Source: Podarcis gaigeae
Taxonomy: Eukaryota
Length of the DNA stretch: 64,000 bases
NCBI GenBank assembly: GCA_964106915.2
Contig: OZ066915.1
Reading direction: 5' to 3' (one strand)
Shown here: positions 50,405-61,803 of the stretch, one piece after another
How the letters are laid out: each line of letters opens with the position of its first letter
Numbering within the stretch: position 1 is the stretch's first letter
The notes under the pieces: generated by a model
The model's database searches: none
What the model saw: only the letters and a program-made list of their open reading frames with translations
What the model was told of the DNA's origin: nothing
Made by a program: the position numbers and the translations under genes

Positions 50405-53400
50405 CAAAGAAGAAGTGTCATGCCCTAAATATCACTTGGTAAAGTCAATGGCATCAATCAAGGAATCCCATCTCACATCTTTTCTTTCAACCCTCTGGTC
50501 CTATTTTCTTTCACAGTTCAAGGAGAGATCCTACAAAGCTAATATTTTCCAAAGGGAAAAGCAGAGGCATGAAGTAGAGGTAACTGTGCTTGATTAAAGT
50601 ATTGCTGAACAAGTGACTTCTTTAGTACATCTGGCAAAGGCCCACAGCAATGGAATCCTTCAGAGAAAGAACAAGAACAAATGAAATCGATCATCATTTC
50701 CCATTGCATCAAAAGGACTAGTGACACTTCTTCAAATACCAGATTCTCTGCAGACTTCCAGAGAAAGCTGTTCCGATCAATCACAACAATTAGAGATTTA
50801 TTTCTTTTGATTCCTCAGGAACTGGAGAGAAAAAAGAATGGCATTGCTCTACATCACCATGTAGCAACTGCTCAGATTCCCCATTAATAAAAAATACCAA
50901 TTCCACTCATGTCAAATTGCTGGGATATAATTTTGTTAGATAAATCTCATAGTAAAAAAACATGTAGTAAGTACACTTCTCTTCCCTCAGCTTTTTATTC
51001 TAAATACAGTATATTTAAACTAATTTGAAACTAGCAAGATATGCCCTTCATATTTCAGATAATCTCTTTTGTGATGTTTGGTTGCACACTATGAAGGAAA
51101 CTATAATTTAGTTTCTTTTCTTTTTAATCTAACGATCTACCCAAAATACAAGCTGCAGAAAAAGGAAATGAAGGTAACAAATACAGCATATTGAGAACTT
51201 AAATGCTTTGGAGTCACCTGAAAGAATCCAGGTGACCCCAAACTGTTGAGGAACGAAGGATTCCTGGGTTAAATCCAGTCATGGGCTTCCATCTGCAGAG
51301 CTGCTGTCCTGTATATACTTAAGCTAGCTAGTTCATTTGCACAAAGTTAAGTTAACGTAATTTAGCATAAGAAAATGTAAGTTTGAGTGCTTTGAAAAAG
51401 AGTGAAGCGCTTCAGTCTATAAGTGCTAGAGAGGGGCAGTGTAGCGCAAAAAAGAGAGCTGATCTCTGTGCAACCTTGAGCAAGGGACTGTTCCCTTTTT
51501 TGTATTTTAGGGTTTAAACCCATGAGAAGTGCTAAGATTTTGCTTAGCTAGGGCAGCATTGAACCCCCTAGCAACAGGGTAGAGGCAGGGTAGGGAGTTA
51601 AGATTTTCCGCAGCGTCTCATCCTATGCACCTTCACCCAAGCCTTCATTCAAAGTTTGCCCAACATTCTGGTACCCTGTAACTTCAGATCAGGAAGGCAA
51701 AGATACCAGAGTATGTATCGACCTACAAAAGGACCAAAATTTGTCCATACAAGAATTGAACTGGGTGGTGATGTACACAGCTTCTTTAATACAGTAAGTG
51801 CTAGATTTGGAAAGGTGGTAATCTGTAGGATGAATTAGTTCCTGGTGGTCTAATCTGATTCTTTATCCATAAAAAAGCAACTTCAGGAGAAGTCGAGTGA
51901 CATAGTTTAGCTGCTTTCATGCAATAGAACAGCTGTAATTCTGGCAAACAAGTTGATGGTTGGCTCAAAAGAGTCTTGCTAAAAAATTTGAACAAACACT
52001 TGGCTCCAGTGTCTGCTACAGACTCCCCTCCAGTCCATCACCCCCACACCCAGGTTCCAGACCCATGACAGAAATTTCTGAAGGGTTGCATCATGCCACA
52101 CAGCAGCTCGCTAGACAGCCCAAGCAGAGAAGTGGAGAAACAAGCCCTAAAGCAGCAGGAGCAGCTGAACTCTGGAGAAACAGGGATTCTGATTTCATAC
52201 TGTCATGAAAATAGCAGAAGGGAAGTAAAGACGCCACAATGGTATGAGTAGTCTGAGCCTGACTGTTTGTTCCAGTTTGGCGCAATAAGGCATTGTCTAC
52301 TTCAGAGAGAATTCTCATTTGCTCTTTCCCCTTCCTTCATTAAGCAACTGCAAATTCTGCACCTCAGATTTATTGGAGAAATTATGAACAACCTGCAGAA
52401 GCAAACCCTTGCATGAATAGAATTCATACTTTGACCTCACAAATAGAGGTGCGTAAGTCTACTTTCCAAATGCCATAAATAACCTGGGGCCACCTACTCA
52501 CTATAAGAGCTTTCCTACACCTAACTTTTCCCCTATTTGAATATAGAAATACTTCTGCAAGAAACAAAGTTCACTATATATGCCATTTCATCTGCCTAAG
52601 TGCTTCAGCTTTTGAGAACAATATTTCAATGGCTCCTTCAGTCTATAATTTGGCTGCTTATTTGAACAAGTGAGTTCCCCTCCCCCCCAAACAGACTAGA
52701 TTCAATCTTTTGTCCCATCACAGATGGAAAATTTACAGGGAATGGTTGAATTGTGGTGACCATCAAACAGCAACAATTTCTAATTCACATAGGATGTGAA
52801 CCACTAACTAATGGGTTGCTTTGTTGGCTCCAAATTGCAGTACAGCATTAGTCACTTGGACTGAAAATCCACACTGGAATCAATACCTTGACTCCACATT
52901 TAGAGCCATTATAGGTAACACCACAATTACCAAGACCTTATACTCCCCTAAGAGCTTCTCCTATTTAAACTTTTATATCCTCCTTTGATTCTAAGAATCG
53001 TAAGCCATGGATATGAAATCCATTATAACCCAACATCTTCCCAAGGCTGTCAACTCAAAGGAGGCCAGTGACAATATCTACAACCAATTTGGCATTTTCA
53101 AGTAACTTACATCTGTCTGGGGACATCAATGTAGAGGCTTCAGCAGGCATTCTATCTGACCCTTCTGTGCCAGTTTCTAAACCTAGAAATCAAGCTCAAA
53201 TATGGCATTTGCTAAATGCCCAGTGTTTGGCTAGTGTTTCATCATCTGAAGAGCAATGATCTTTTCAATATACTGTTGGAAAAAAGTAACACCAACTCTG
53301 GATTAAATACATTCTGTGGCATAAAAACAATTAGAGACCATTGCATCTCTTTTTATGAGTTAATGTATAATTTCCCTATGTTATCCTGGGCTTTGTTGCC

Positions 53401-55089
53401 TCAAATAGTAGGAAGCAGAATTGCACTGTGCTTCTTGGTTAGGGAAAGGAAGGTCACACTGTAGTTTCATGGAAGGCTATAGACAGGTTAAGGATCTACA
53501 TAAGTGCATTTTCAAATAAAAAGAGCATTGATACAACAGTGAAGGTGAAGAGGAGCCAGACACAGCAACACACTCATGTGACTGCTGTGTTATTAAAAAC
53601 TGCCTAACACCAACAAGCCATTTTCCCCAGAGATGGGGAACTTGCAGTCCCTAAGATGCTATTAGACTTCACATCCCATCAGCCTCAGCTGTCAAGGATG
53701 ATAGGAGTAGTGGCCCAACATCATCTTGGAGGGACACGGGCTCCCCATTCCTGCTCTAGCCATTAGAAACAATTCTTGCAAGTGGCCAAATCATATTTGT
53801 GTGTCCAGTTCAGTTAGCAAAGAAAACCATTAGTTCTGTATATACATGGGACAGGTGGGGACCTTCATCACTGAAACATTAAACAAAAGTTATGCTTAAA
53901 GGAAAGCTCCAATGCAGAGAATGATTCAATAAATAAAGGAAATAGTTCTCCTCTACTGCATCTTTGACAGACTCCTACCCTGCAAGTGAAAACCCTTGGT
54001 GGTATAAGTCAAATTATGCCAGAGGAGTAAAAGGGGACAGAGATCCTTTGTCCTCACATGAACAAGACTCTTTTCCCCACTACTTCCAAGATGAACTTAG
54101 GTTAAGTACATGTTAAGCTAACAGCAACTTTGAATTCAATGAGTTGAGTTTACAGTTTCCTAAGGACACCAACACTGAAGGATATCAACTTTGAAGTGGA
54201 TAGTGTCAGTCTGTATGAGGGATACTGAAACTAAGGAGGTGGACTTACACCCAAGGCAGATGGAATTAATTTTTTCCACCGATTGGACAGCTCCTCCAAC
54301 ACCCGTCTAAGTCTACGGACTACACTTCTACTTCATCACCTTGGAACTATGCATCAGAGAAAAACATTGCAAGTGGACTCTAGTTTCTGTTTCTTGAGCG
54401 TCTCCTCTCTTTTAAGGGAGTCTGTCTCACAAAAGGCAGGCAGGTTCAGCAACCCTCAAAGTCCCACATCATATTCACCCTCCCACCCACCCCAAAAAAT
54501 GCCAAATATTCCCCAAGCTGGCTGTCCCTTTCTCTGTCTTTCTTCATCTTAATACAAAATATTTACCTCTTTTTTCCCTCTTTATCTCTATAGCTCCATA
54601 CAACATTTTATTTAACTTAACAATCACAATCTAGGAAGCTTTCACTGTTTGTAAACGGGTTGAAGAGCCTCTCTCTTTCTGATGAACTTTTCCCACTTTG
54701 TAATCATTTTTACTCTCAGATTGAGAGAGAAAGGGGGTTGGGAAGAAAAACAATACCAGTAAAAGTAAAGCTTGAGCAATGATGGGTCAAACAAAGGGTT
54801 TTGGAAGAGAAGAGGTCATTTCAGATCTGCCTCAGCGAGGAAAGTATTGATCCAAGCCAACTCATTCACTCTCCAGTAACGTGACGTCTGTTTTGATTAT
54901 TGCACAGTGCATGATGTCACTTCAGAGATTTTCAATACAATTCTATCCATCTTGTTCTTTTCCCACAATTATTTTCTCTCCAGAAATGTTTTAAAATGAT
55001 CAGGAATGGATTCATCAGTGTCAGGATGCATCATCGAAGCAGGAATCCAGGGGGATCATGAGGAAGGAGTGACAGGACAGGCAGAGGGT

Positions 55090-55470
55090 TTAAGAGCATC
55101 CACACCTGTCAACAACCATGCCAGGGATTTTGCCATAGATTATCTGCTGTTTGTCATTGAAGTACAGCATGTTGATGGGAGACATCTTGGTGGGTGTGCA
55201 GCAAGGCCCGGCTGAGCCCCGGGGATTGGCCTGCTGCACCAGATGGGTATGAGGATATTTCTGCATGAACATATACTCGCACTGGCCTGAACAATAGTTG
55301 GCTTTGTACCGCTTGGGGGCGATAATCCAATCCCAGCCGAAGGCCTCAAAATCAACAGTCAGTGGGTAGCGGCAGCAACGGGACTCAGTTGAGTGCTCGT
55401 CGCAGTCTAGTCCCAGGTTCCTCCGGGACCGTTTGTTGTTCTCCAGCACGCGTAGCTCCATGAAAGGGTG
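55090..55470 (-). CDS. GDF11: GDF11 exon 3 (381 nt): end of prodomain, furin site and mature TGF-beta domain
   Basis: [17 protein letters not shown]|[16 protein letters not shown]...VDRCGCS*. NLGLD after the RXXR site indicates GDF11 rather than myostatin (DFGLD). Acceptor ccccag| at 55472-55471, stop TAA. Confidence 0.98.
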   Translation of the reverse strand, partial: HPFMELRVLENNKRSRRNLGLDCDEHSTESRCCRYPLTVDFEAFGWDWIIAPKRYKANYCSGQCEYMFMQKYPHTHLVQQANPRGSAGPCCTPTKMSPINMLYFNDKQQIIYGKIPGMVVDRCGCS

Positions 55471-57236
55471 CTGGGGGTGGGAATGGAAGGGAGAAAACAA
55501 AAGAGTTACGTGTTTATGTGTGCAATGTCTATTTGCCCACATCAGAAAGACAGAGATAACTAGCCCCATAGCAGGAGCCCCGCTCACAAGGATAGTTTTG
55601 AAGCACACCATTTCCATTAATTATCATCAGCCCACAACCCATCTTTCCAGCCCCATCTGTCCTATTGCTCTGTATATCTTTTAAAACCACATATTTATCT
55701 CCTTAGCCATATCCCAGCTCTGTCCAGCTCGAGTCCTTATCTGTCCTTCCAAGACAAGCCATCTTTTCTCCAATCCTAACAATACTTATCACAGCGTACA
55801 GTAATTTATCCAATTCCCAGTAGGAGCCTAGAGTATTGCTTTCCCTTTAGAAAGCCAGGCACAGGCTGACCATGTACACCTCCTTCCCTCCCTCGCTCCC
55901 TCTCTCGCTCCCTCTCTCTCTCTCTACGTTCCTTTAAAAAATTCAACAAGAGAGAATGCAATATATGGGCTGCTGACCCATCACCTGCTGCCAGAAAAAA
56001 AAATGAGGTGCACAGTGTGACAAGAGAGACCAAGAGATCAATTTGTAGGTAGTGGGTGAAGATGTGAAATAAAGGGAGCTCGATAAGGAATATGTGCGTG
56101 TCTTTATGTGATTTTTCAAACCATCTGCATATAGCAAGGTTTCAGTTAATCAGGTATGTTTTGGCAGAGTAATTATACCTAACAGAATAAGCTTCAAGGG
56201 ACAAGTAAGAGATTAAAGATAATAAAAGGGGAGGGGGAAATAAACCAAGAAGATATATTTTTATGAAGGTAAAAATGGGGGGGGAAACAACCTTCAACGC
56301 TATTTGAATCTTAGTAAATTACTAAGCGTCTGTTTACATGAAAGACTATCTTAAGGCTAACAGAATAAGATTGAATCATGAATGTATGTATCCAATAAAC
56401 TGTAACATGCAAACTCCTTCAGAAAATCAGTGAATTAAGATACCACTTCAAAATGTAATATCCTGCCAATAACAAATATTTTGCTGAATTCTGGATATTT
56501 TACAGGAGGTGGTCTGAGTGTTAGTGAGACTTCAGAGCTAGCACAAATAGGAATTCTGCTGTCTTAAGTTACATAATGTTCAGCCTTTGTGAAGTACAGA
56601 AGGTAGATGGTGGTTTTATCTGTTGGAGAGCAGTGAGAGTTGTGCCAGTTACCTTAACATGGTTATTCCAGACCTGTTGATGGGCTATTTACACAAGTGG
56701 AGGCCAGTAATATCAAAACGTACAATGATCTTGCTGTTTATTTAAAGACCAGCTAAGTGGAGAGATGCTTGCAAGTAAGACTTAATACTATGATTTGGCA
56801 TGTAAGCACACCCCTACCCTATGTGCAGTACAATAGTATTACAGCCCTCAATGAACTTGTAGGAGGCAGGAGGAGTTACAAGCAAGAGGGCAAACCAATA
56901 GGTATGGAAGGGAAAACGCTTCCTTTCTCCCAGTAAAGCTTCCCAACATGTAGCTCACTGGTGACCTTGTACGTATGCAACAAAACAGTGAATCAGGGGC
57001 ACTTGGGCCATCACTAGTTCTGAAAGACTGCTTCTTCTACTAATCTTCCACTTACTCACTTCAGCACTGCTTACTGTAATGCTACAACAGGGAACTGAGG
57101 CATGTTCTCAGTTCCTGACGTCAGCAAACACCTGCAGCTTGGGTGAGCTTTGTGGGAAATGTATTTCTTTGGCCTCCAGCTCTACGTTAGAAGCTAGGAT
57201 GGAGAGAGAAGAAAAGCGATGCTCCTATTTACCCAC

Positions 57237-57610
57237 CAGGCCTTCAGCACCAGGCCCAAGAGAGGTGACGGCCAAGTCATTGCCATTGGGATCAAAAGCG
57301 TTGATCTCGATACCCCAGTTGTTCTGAGGCTGCTTGAACCAGTTCTGCAGTACATGCTTGAAGTCAATGCTCTGCCAGTGGCCAATGCGGGAATTCAGGT
57401 CAATCTTGAGTGAGCGGATACGAATATGGCGGCTCCCATCCTCCGTCACTGGTTTGAGACGCAGGATCTGTAGGTAGACCGTGGAGGTATGCTGAACAGG
57501 CCGCAGGTACACCCACAGCTGTGCCTTTACCACCTTGGTGAACATGATCTTGGGGCTGAAGTTGAAGAAACAGCAGTGCGGGTTGCCTTCAATCTGTACC
57601 ACAGGGTCCG
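57237..57610 (-). CDS. GDF11: GDF11 exon 2 (374 nt), prodomain [15 protein letters not shown]...SLGPGAEGL
   Basis: Acceptor tctctgccag| and donor CTG|gtgggt, phase 1/0. The 374-nt length is typical of GDF11/MSTN exon 2, and the peptide is a TGF-beta propeptide. Confidence 0.97.
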
Positions 57611-57972
57611 CTGGCAGAGAAAGACAGAGAGAGAAGCAGTGAGCAGAATTTCTTCACAACCTATTTCCCAGTGCTCTGGTCAGGAGATTCTGCCTAAGGA
57701 GCCATTCACAGATCTGTTTATCACATGTGTGTATGAAAGTACTTTCTTGTTGATTGAACACAGTGCCTGTCAGTGGAGGTAGTCTTGTACACAAATAAGA
57801 GGCCCTCAACTGGTTGTGTAAATCAGCCTCAAGTACAGTGAATATTAAACTCTCCAGTCAGGTAGTCTTTTTTCAAGATACAACTCTCTATAGATCTGAA
57901 GCTAAAAAATAAAAGCAATTAAGAGACCCCCTTCTTGTGTATCCTAACAAATAAGGGAAGAATAAAGAGGTA

Positions 57973-58214
57973 CAGTGGTACCTCGGGTTACATACGCTTC
58001 AGGTTACATACACTTCAGGTTACAGACTCTGCTAACCCAGAAATAGTGCTTCAGGTTAAGAACTTTGCTTCAGGATGAGAACAGAAATTGTGCTCCGGCA
58101 GTGCGGCAGCAGCAGGAGGCCCCATTAGCTAAAGTGGTGCTTCAGGTTAAGAACAGTTTCAGGTTAAGAACGGACCTCCAGAACGAATTAAGTACTTAAC
58201 CCGAGGTACCACTG
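57973..58214. mobile_element. Tc1/mariner (Tigger-like) MITE in GDF11 intron 1
   Basis: Perfect 18-bp TIR cagtggtacctcgggtta / taacccgaggtaccactg, TA TSD. Confidence 0.9.
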
Positions 58215-59080
58215 TACACTGATTCTTAGTTGGGAAACTGGCAGCCATGAAAATGGGGCACTAAAATCAGGGGGTGGTAACGTCAAAAGGGCTTGGGTGA
58301 GAAGGGTCACGATACAGGCAGCAACCATTTAATGTAGGGGTTCTGTCGGCAGAGCACACAAAAGTATGCCTCACCCCATTACACCCCCCTTCCACCTTCT
58401 TCTGGGTCCAAAAGGACCCACACATTGGCAATTACGTGTCAACTGGGTGCATCTAAAATGGCACTACCTTATGTAAAAAAGGTTATGCAGCCTAGTAAAG
58501 TCAATAGCCTTCCAATGGACAGAAACTACTTTTTCTAGTGACTTCTCCTTTGCAGCCATTCCCACATCATTACTGAGGATTCCCCCAGCCCTTCAAAACT
58601 TATTTTAAGGGGGGCGGGTTTACAAACAATTCTTTACAGTTGAACCCTTTCCAATAAAATATTAATACCAAGAATTAAAATATTAATACCAAGAATAAAA
58701 TGTGCATCACAGGAAACCAAATCCAAGAGGGTGTGAACATGGTTAATGAGAAGAACTAAAGAAGTTATCAAAGTCTTCCTTCAGAAAATGGAAATCACAT
58801 CCAAATGAGAACAAAGAGGAACACACGCTTTGTCAAAATAAATGCAAGCAGACAAGAAAAGGTGCAAAAAAGGGAAAGAATTCAAAGAGCATCCCTCAAA
58901 AAATTAAGACCAGTGATAAAAAATTATATAACTGCATTAGAAGCAAGCCATACTAAAGCCTGATTTGGCACCACCATTTTTCTCAAGGCTAAGTTGATCC
59001 ACCAGTTAGCATCCAGCACTGTTCCAACATCGTAAACTTCTTGCCCTTTCTCCCTTCAGCACTCCTTTCTTAAGGCTGAC

Positions 59081-59192
59081 TTCAACTAACCTCTACTCAG
59101 AGTAGGCCCACTGAAATTAGTGGAAGCTAAGTTATTCATGGCCATTAACTTGAATGAGTCTACTCTAAATAACAATTAGTTTAAAACAACCC
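59081..59192. mobile_element. Short palindromic repeat element (a related copy at 34082-34440 is split by a Tigger-like MITE)
   Basis: Arms ttcaactaa...tactcagagtag and tctactct...ttagtt recur at both loci. Confidence 0.55.
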
Positions 59193-59269
59193 TTTGTAGC
59201 CACTACCAGCTACAGGTGTGATGTGCCAGAATGTTTGTGGGGTTTTTAAAAAAAAAAAATTCACATGAC

Positions 59270-59411
59270 CATAGAAAGCTAACTTATACCAAGTCAGATC
59301 ATTGGTCCATCTCACTCAGTAATGTCAACAGTATTTCACAGGGAGACACCAGGGATTCAACCTGGGATCTTTTGCACACATAGCATATGCTCTACGACAG
59401 AGCTACAGCCC
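59270..59411 (-). mobile_element. Degenerate tRNA-derived SINE (Squam2-like), internally deleted
   Basis: Minus strand: gggctgtagctctgtcgtagagca...caggttgaatccctgg head and gatggaccaatgatctgacttggtataag tail. Confidence 0.6.
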
Positions 59412-59748
59412 TTTAATATTTTTTAAATAAATGTCCACTCCTAAGGCTTCATTTTGGAACCAGATTTTTCTACTACCTCTTTACTGTTTTCATAGGGTGG
59501 CATTCAACTGATGAACCCCATCAGCAGAAGTCCTATGTAAGGATTTCCATTTGCACAATGGGGCTTTCTCTCCCATGCCCCCCTCCTAAAAATGGCTTGC
59601 AGAGTCAGGAGCACCCCTAGAAAAGCAAGGAGAGGAGATTGTTCTCTGGCAAACTGAAATGCTTGCCCTGATCAAACAATTCCCTTATCACAAAATTGAA
59701 TTCCTTCAATAGTCAAGCCCACCACTCACTCGGACCGTGACTGATATG

Positions 59749-60690
59749 GTTGTTGTTGTTTATTATTATTATTAGTAGTAGTAATAGTAGTAGTAGTATT
59801 TCTACAGCTCCCTTTGTCATAAGATCTCAAGGCGTTTCACAGAATAACATGATAAAAACAAGTAAATAAGTAAAACAAAACAGCAGACAATAACCCCCTT
59901 TCTCCCACAGACACATTTAAAAGGCTATAGAATATAGAATAGAAATTAAAAGACGCCTGCTTCTTGGGAGAAGGGCAATGACAGGCCTAGACAGCATCTT
60001 GAGAAGTAGAGACATCACCTTGCCAACAAAGGTTCGTATAGTTAAAGCTATGGTTTTCCCAGTAGTGATGTATGGAAGTGAGAGCTGGACCATAAAGAAG
60101 GCTGATCGCCGAAGAATTGATGCTTTTGAAATATGGTGCTGGAGGAGACTCTTGAAAGTCCCATGGACTGCAAGAAGATCAAACCTCTCCATACTGAAGG
60201 AAATCAACCCTGAGTGCTCACTGGAAGGACAGATTGTGAAGCTGAGGCTCCAGTACTTTGGCCACCTCATGAGAAGAGAAGACTCCCTGGAGAAGACCCT
60301 GATGTTGGGAAAGATGGAGGGCACAAGGAGAAGGGGACGGCAGAGGACAAGATGGTTGGATAGTGTTTTCGAGGTTACCAGCATGAATTTGACCAAACTG
60401 CGGGAGGCAGTGGAGGACAGGAGTGCCTGGCGTTCTCTGGTCCATGGGGTCACGAAGAGTCGGACACGACTAAACGACTAAACAACAACAACAACAAAGA
60501 ATATTAATTGGCCAAAGGTCTGGTTAAAGAGGAACGTTTTTGCCTGGCACTAAAAAATATATAATGACGGCGCCTGATGATCCTCCCTGGGGAGAGCATT
60601 CCACAAATGGGGTGCCACTACAGAGATAGCCCGTTCTCGTGTTGTCACCCTCCGGACCTCATGTGGGTAGAGGCACAGCAAGAAGGGCCT
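59749..60690 (-). mobile_element. L2-type LINE 3' fragment interrupted by the Bov-B insertion
   Basis: The minus strand encodes TRERAISVVAPHLWNALPRE near 60570-60630. The 3' end and a trinucleotide tail lie at 59749-59850, on the other side of Bov-B. Confidence 0.75.
59936..60497 (+). mobile_element. Bov-B (RTE clade) LINE 3' fragment with an open ORF
   Basis: ORF 59978-60481 (SRDITLPTKVRIVKAMVFPVVMYGSESWTIKKADRRRIDAFEIWCWRR...) is the Bov-B C-terminus. (CAA)n tail; probable 7-bp TSD agaatat. Confidence 0.95.
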
Positions 60691-61462
60691 CAGATGATAT
60701 ATGTAGCTTTAGGTCACCTGTTAAGGGCTAGCCCTCACAAAGCAGCTTATACAAGCAAATAATAAAATATAAAACAACCATTTCAAGCTAGCTGCTTAGG
60801 GCTTTGGCCCAACTGGCCAGAATTTGCTTCCTTTCAGCTCCATACTTTCCTTTCTGAGTCAGGCCCCTCAGGGCTAATACGGCTCGGGCATGGGGGCTGT
60901 CTTGCAGGATTTCCCTCACCTTTTAGCCTCAGTACTGCTGCTAGCCAGCGGAACCTCTCTGCGTCACTGCATTTGCCTTCCTTCCTTTGGTGGCTCACTC
61001 ACCGTGGCAGTTATAGGCACAATGGAGAGGGGTGGCCAGCTCCCAGTCCCTCTCCTCTCCTCACCAAACAGGTGCTGTGTCACAGAACAGCAAGAGACAT
61101 CTGCTATGACCCCAAGGTCTCTCTCCTGGTCAGTTCAGACCCCCGTGAGTGCATATTTGAAATTAAGATTTCTTGTGCTAATATGCATCACCTTACATTC
61201 ATTTACACTGACTGACTTACATGAATGACCAATAGTTTAAAAGCATATCTAACTTCTGATGCAAAGTAGAGTAAACCTTGAATCCAATAAATATACAAGG
61301 TTTTGTGTATTTTGCCTCCTAAAGGGATCGTGTTTCATTTCACTAGAGATGCCACCAGCCTTTTGGGTTCTGCGTTCTACAGTATCCTGCAAAATAATAC
61401 ACAGGGCAGCTATCAGGACTATCACATAATCCTTAGCATAGTTAACAATGCTAAGGATTTAA

Positions 61463-61803
61463 GTGGGTTAAACCACAGAGCCTGGGGCTTGCCGATCAGA
61501 AGGTCGGCGGTTCGAATCCCTGCGACGGGGTGCACTCCCGTTGCTCAGTCCCTGCTCCTGCCAACCTAGCAGTTCGAAAGCATGTCAAAGTGCAAGTAGA
61601 TAAATAGGTACTGCTCCAGCGGGAAGGTAAACGGCGTTTCCGTGTGCTGCTCTGGTTCGCCAGAAGCGGCTTAGTCATGCTGGCCACATGACCTGGAAGC
61701 TGTACGCCGGCTCCCTCAGCCAGTAAAGCGAGATGAGCGCTGCAACCCCAGAGTCGGCCACGACTGGACCTAAGGGTCAGGGGTACCTTTATCTTTACCT
61801 TTA
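61463..61803 (+). mobile_element. Sauria SINE, slightly 5'-truncated
   Basis: Highly similar to the other copies; B box ggttcgaatccc and a tttaccttt tail. Confidence 0.92.

Noticed and set aside
50539-50840. Strong minus-strand acceptor (ttcttttttctctccag at 50822) followed by an 81-aa ORF
   Set aside because: No recognisable protein and no matching donor identified. It could be a 3'UTR intron, but that cannot be supported without RNA data.
55471-55617. N-terminal extension of the 175-aa ORF
   Set aside because: It is read-through into the intron upstream of the exon 3 acceptor.
55090-57610. Myostatin (MSTN/GDF8) as the gene identity
   Set aside because: The mature peptide starts NLGLD and contains GQCEYMFMQ and NDKQQ, which are GDF11 residues, and the neighbour is SARNP.
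58655-58696. 21-bp tandem duplication taaaatattaataccaagaat
   Set aside because: An ordinary two-copy slippage duplication with no evidence of function.
59917-60453. 178-aa minus-strand ORF
   Set aside because: It is the antisense shadow of the Bov-B ORF.
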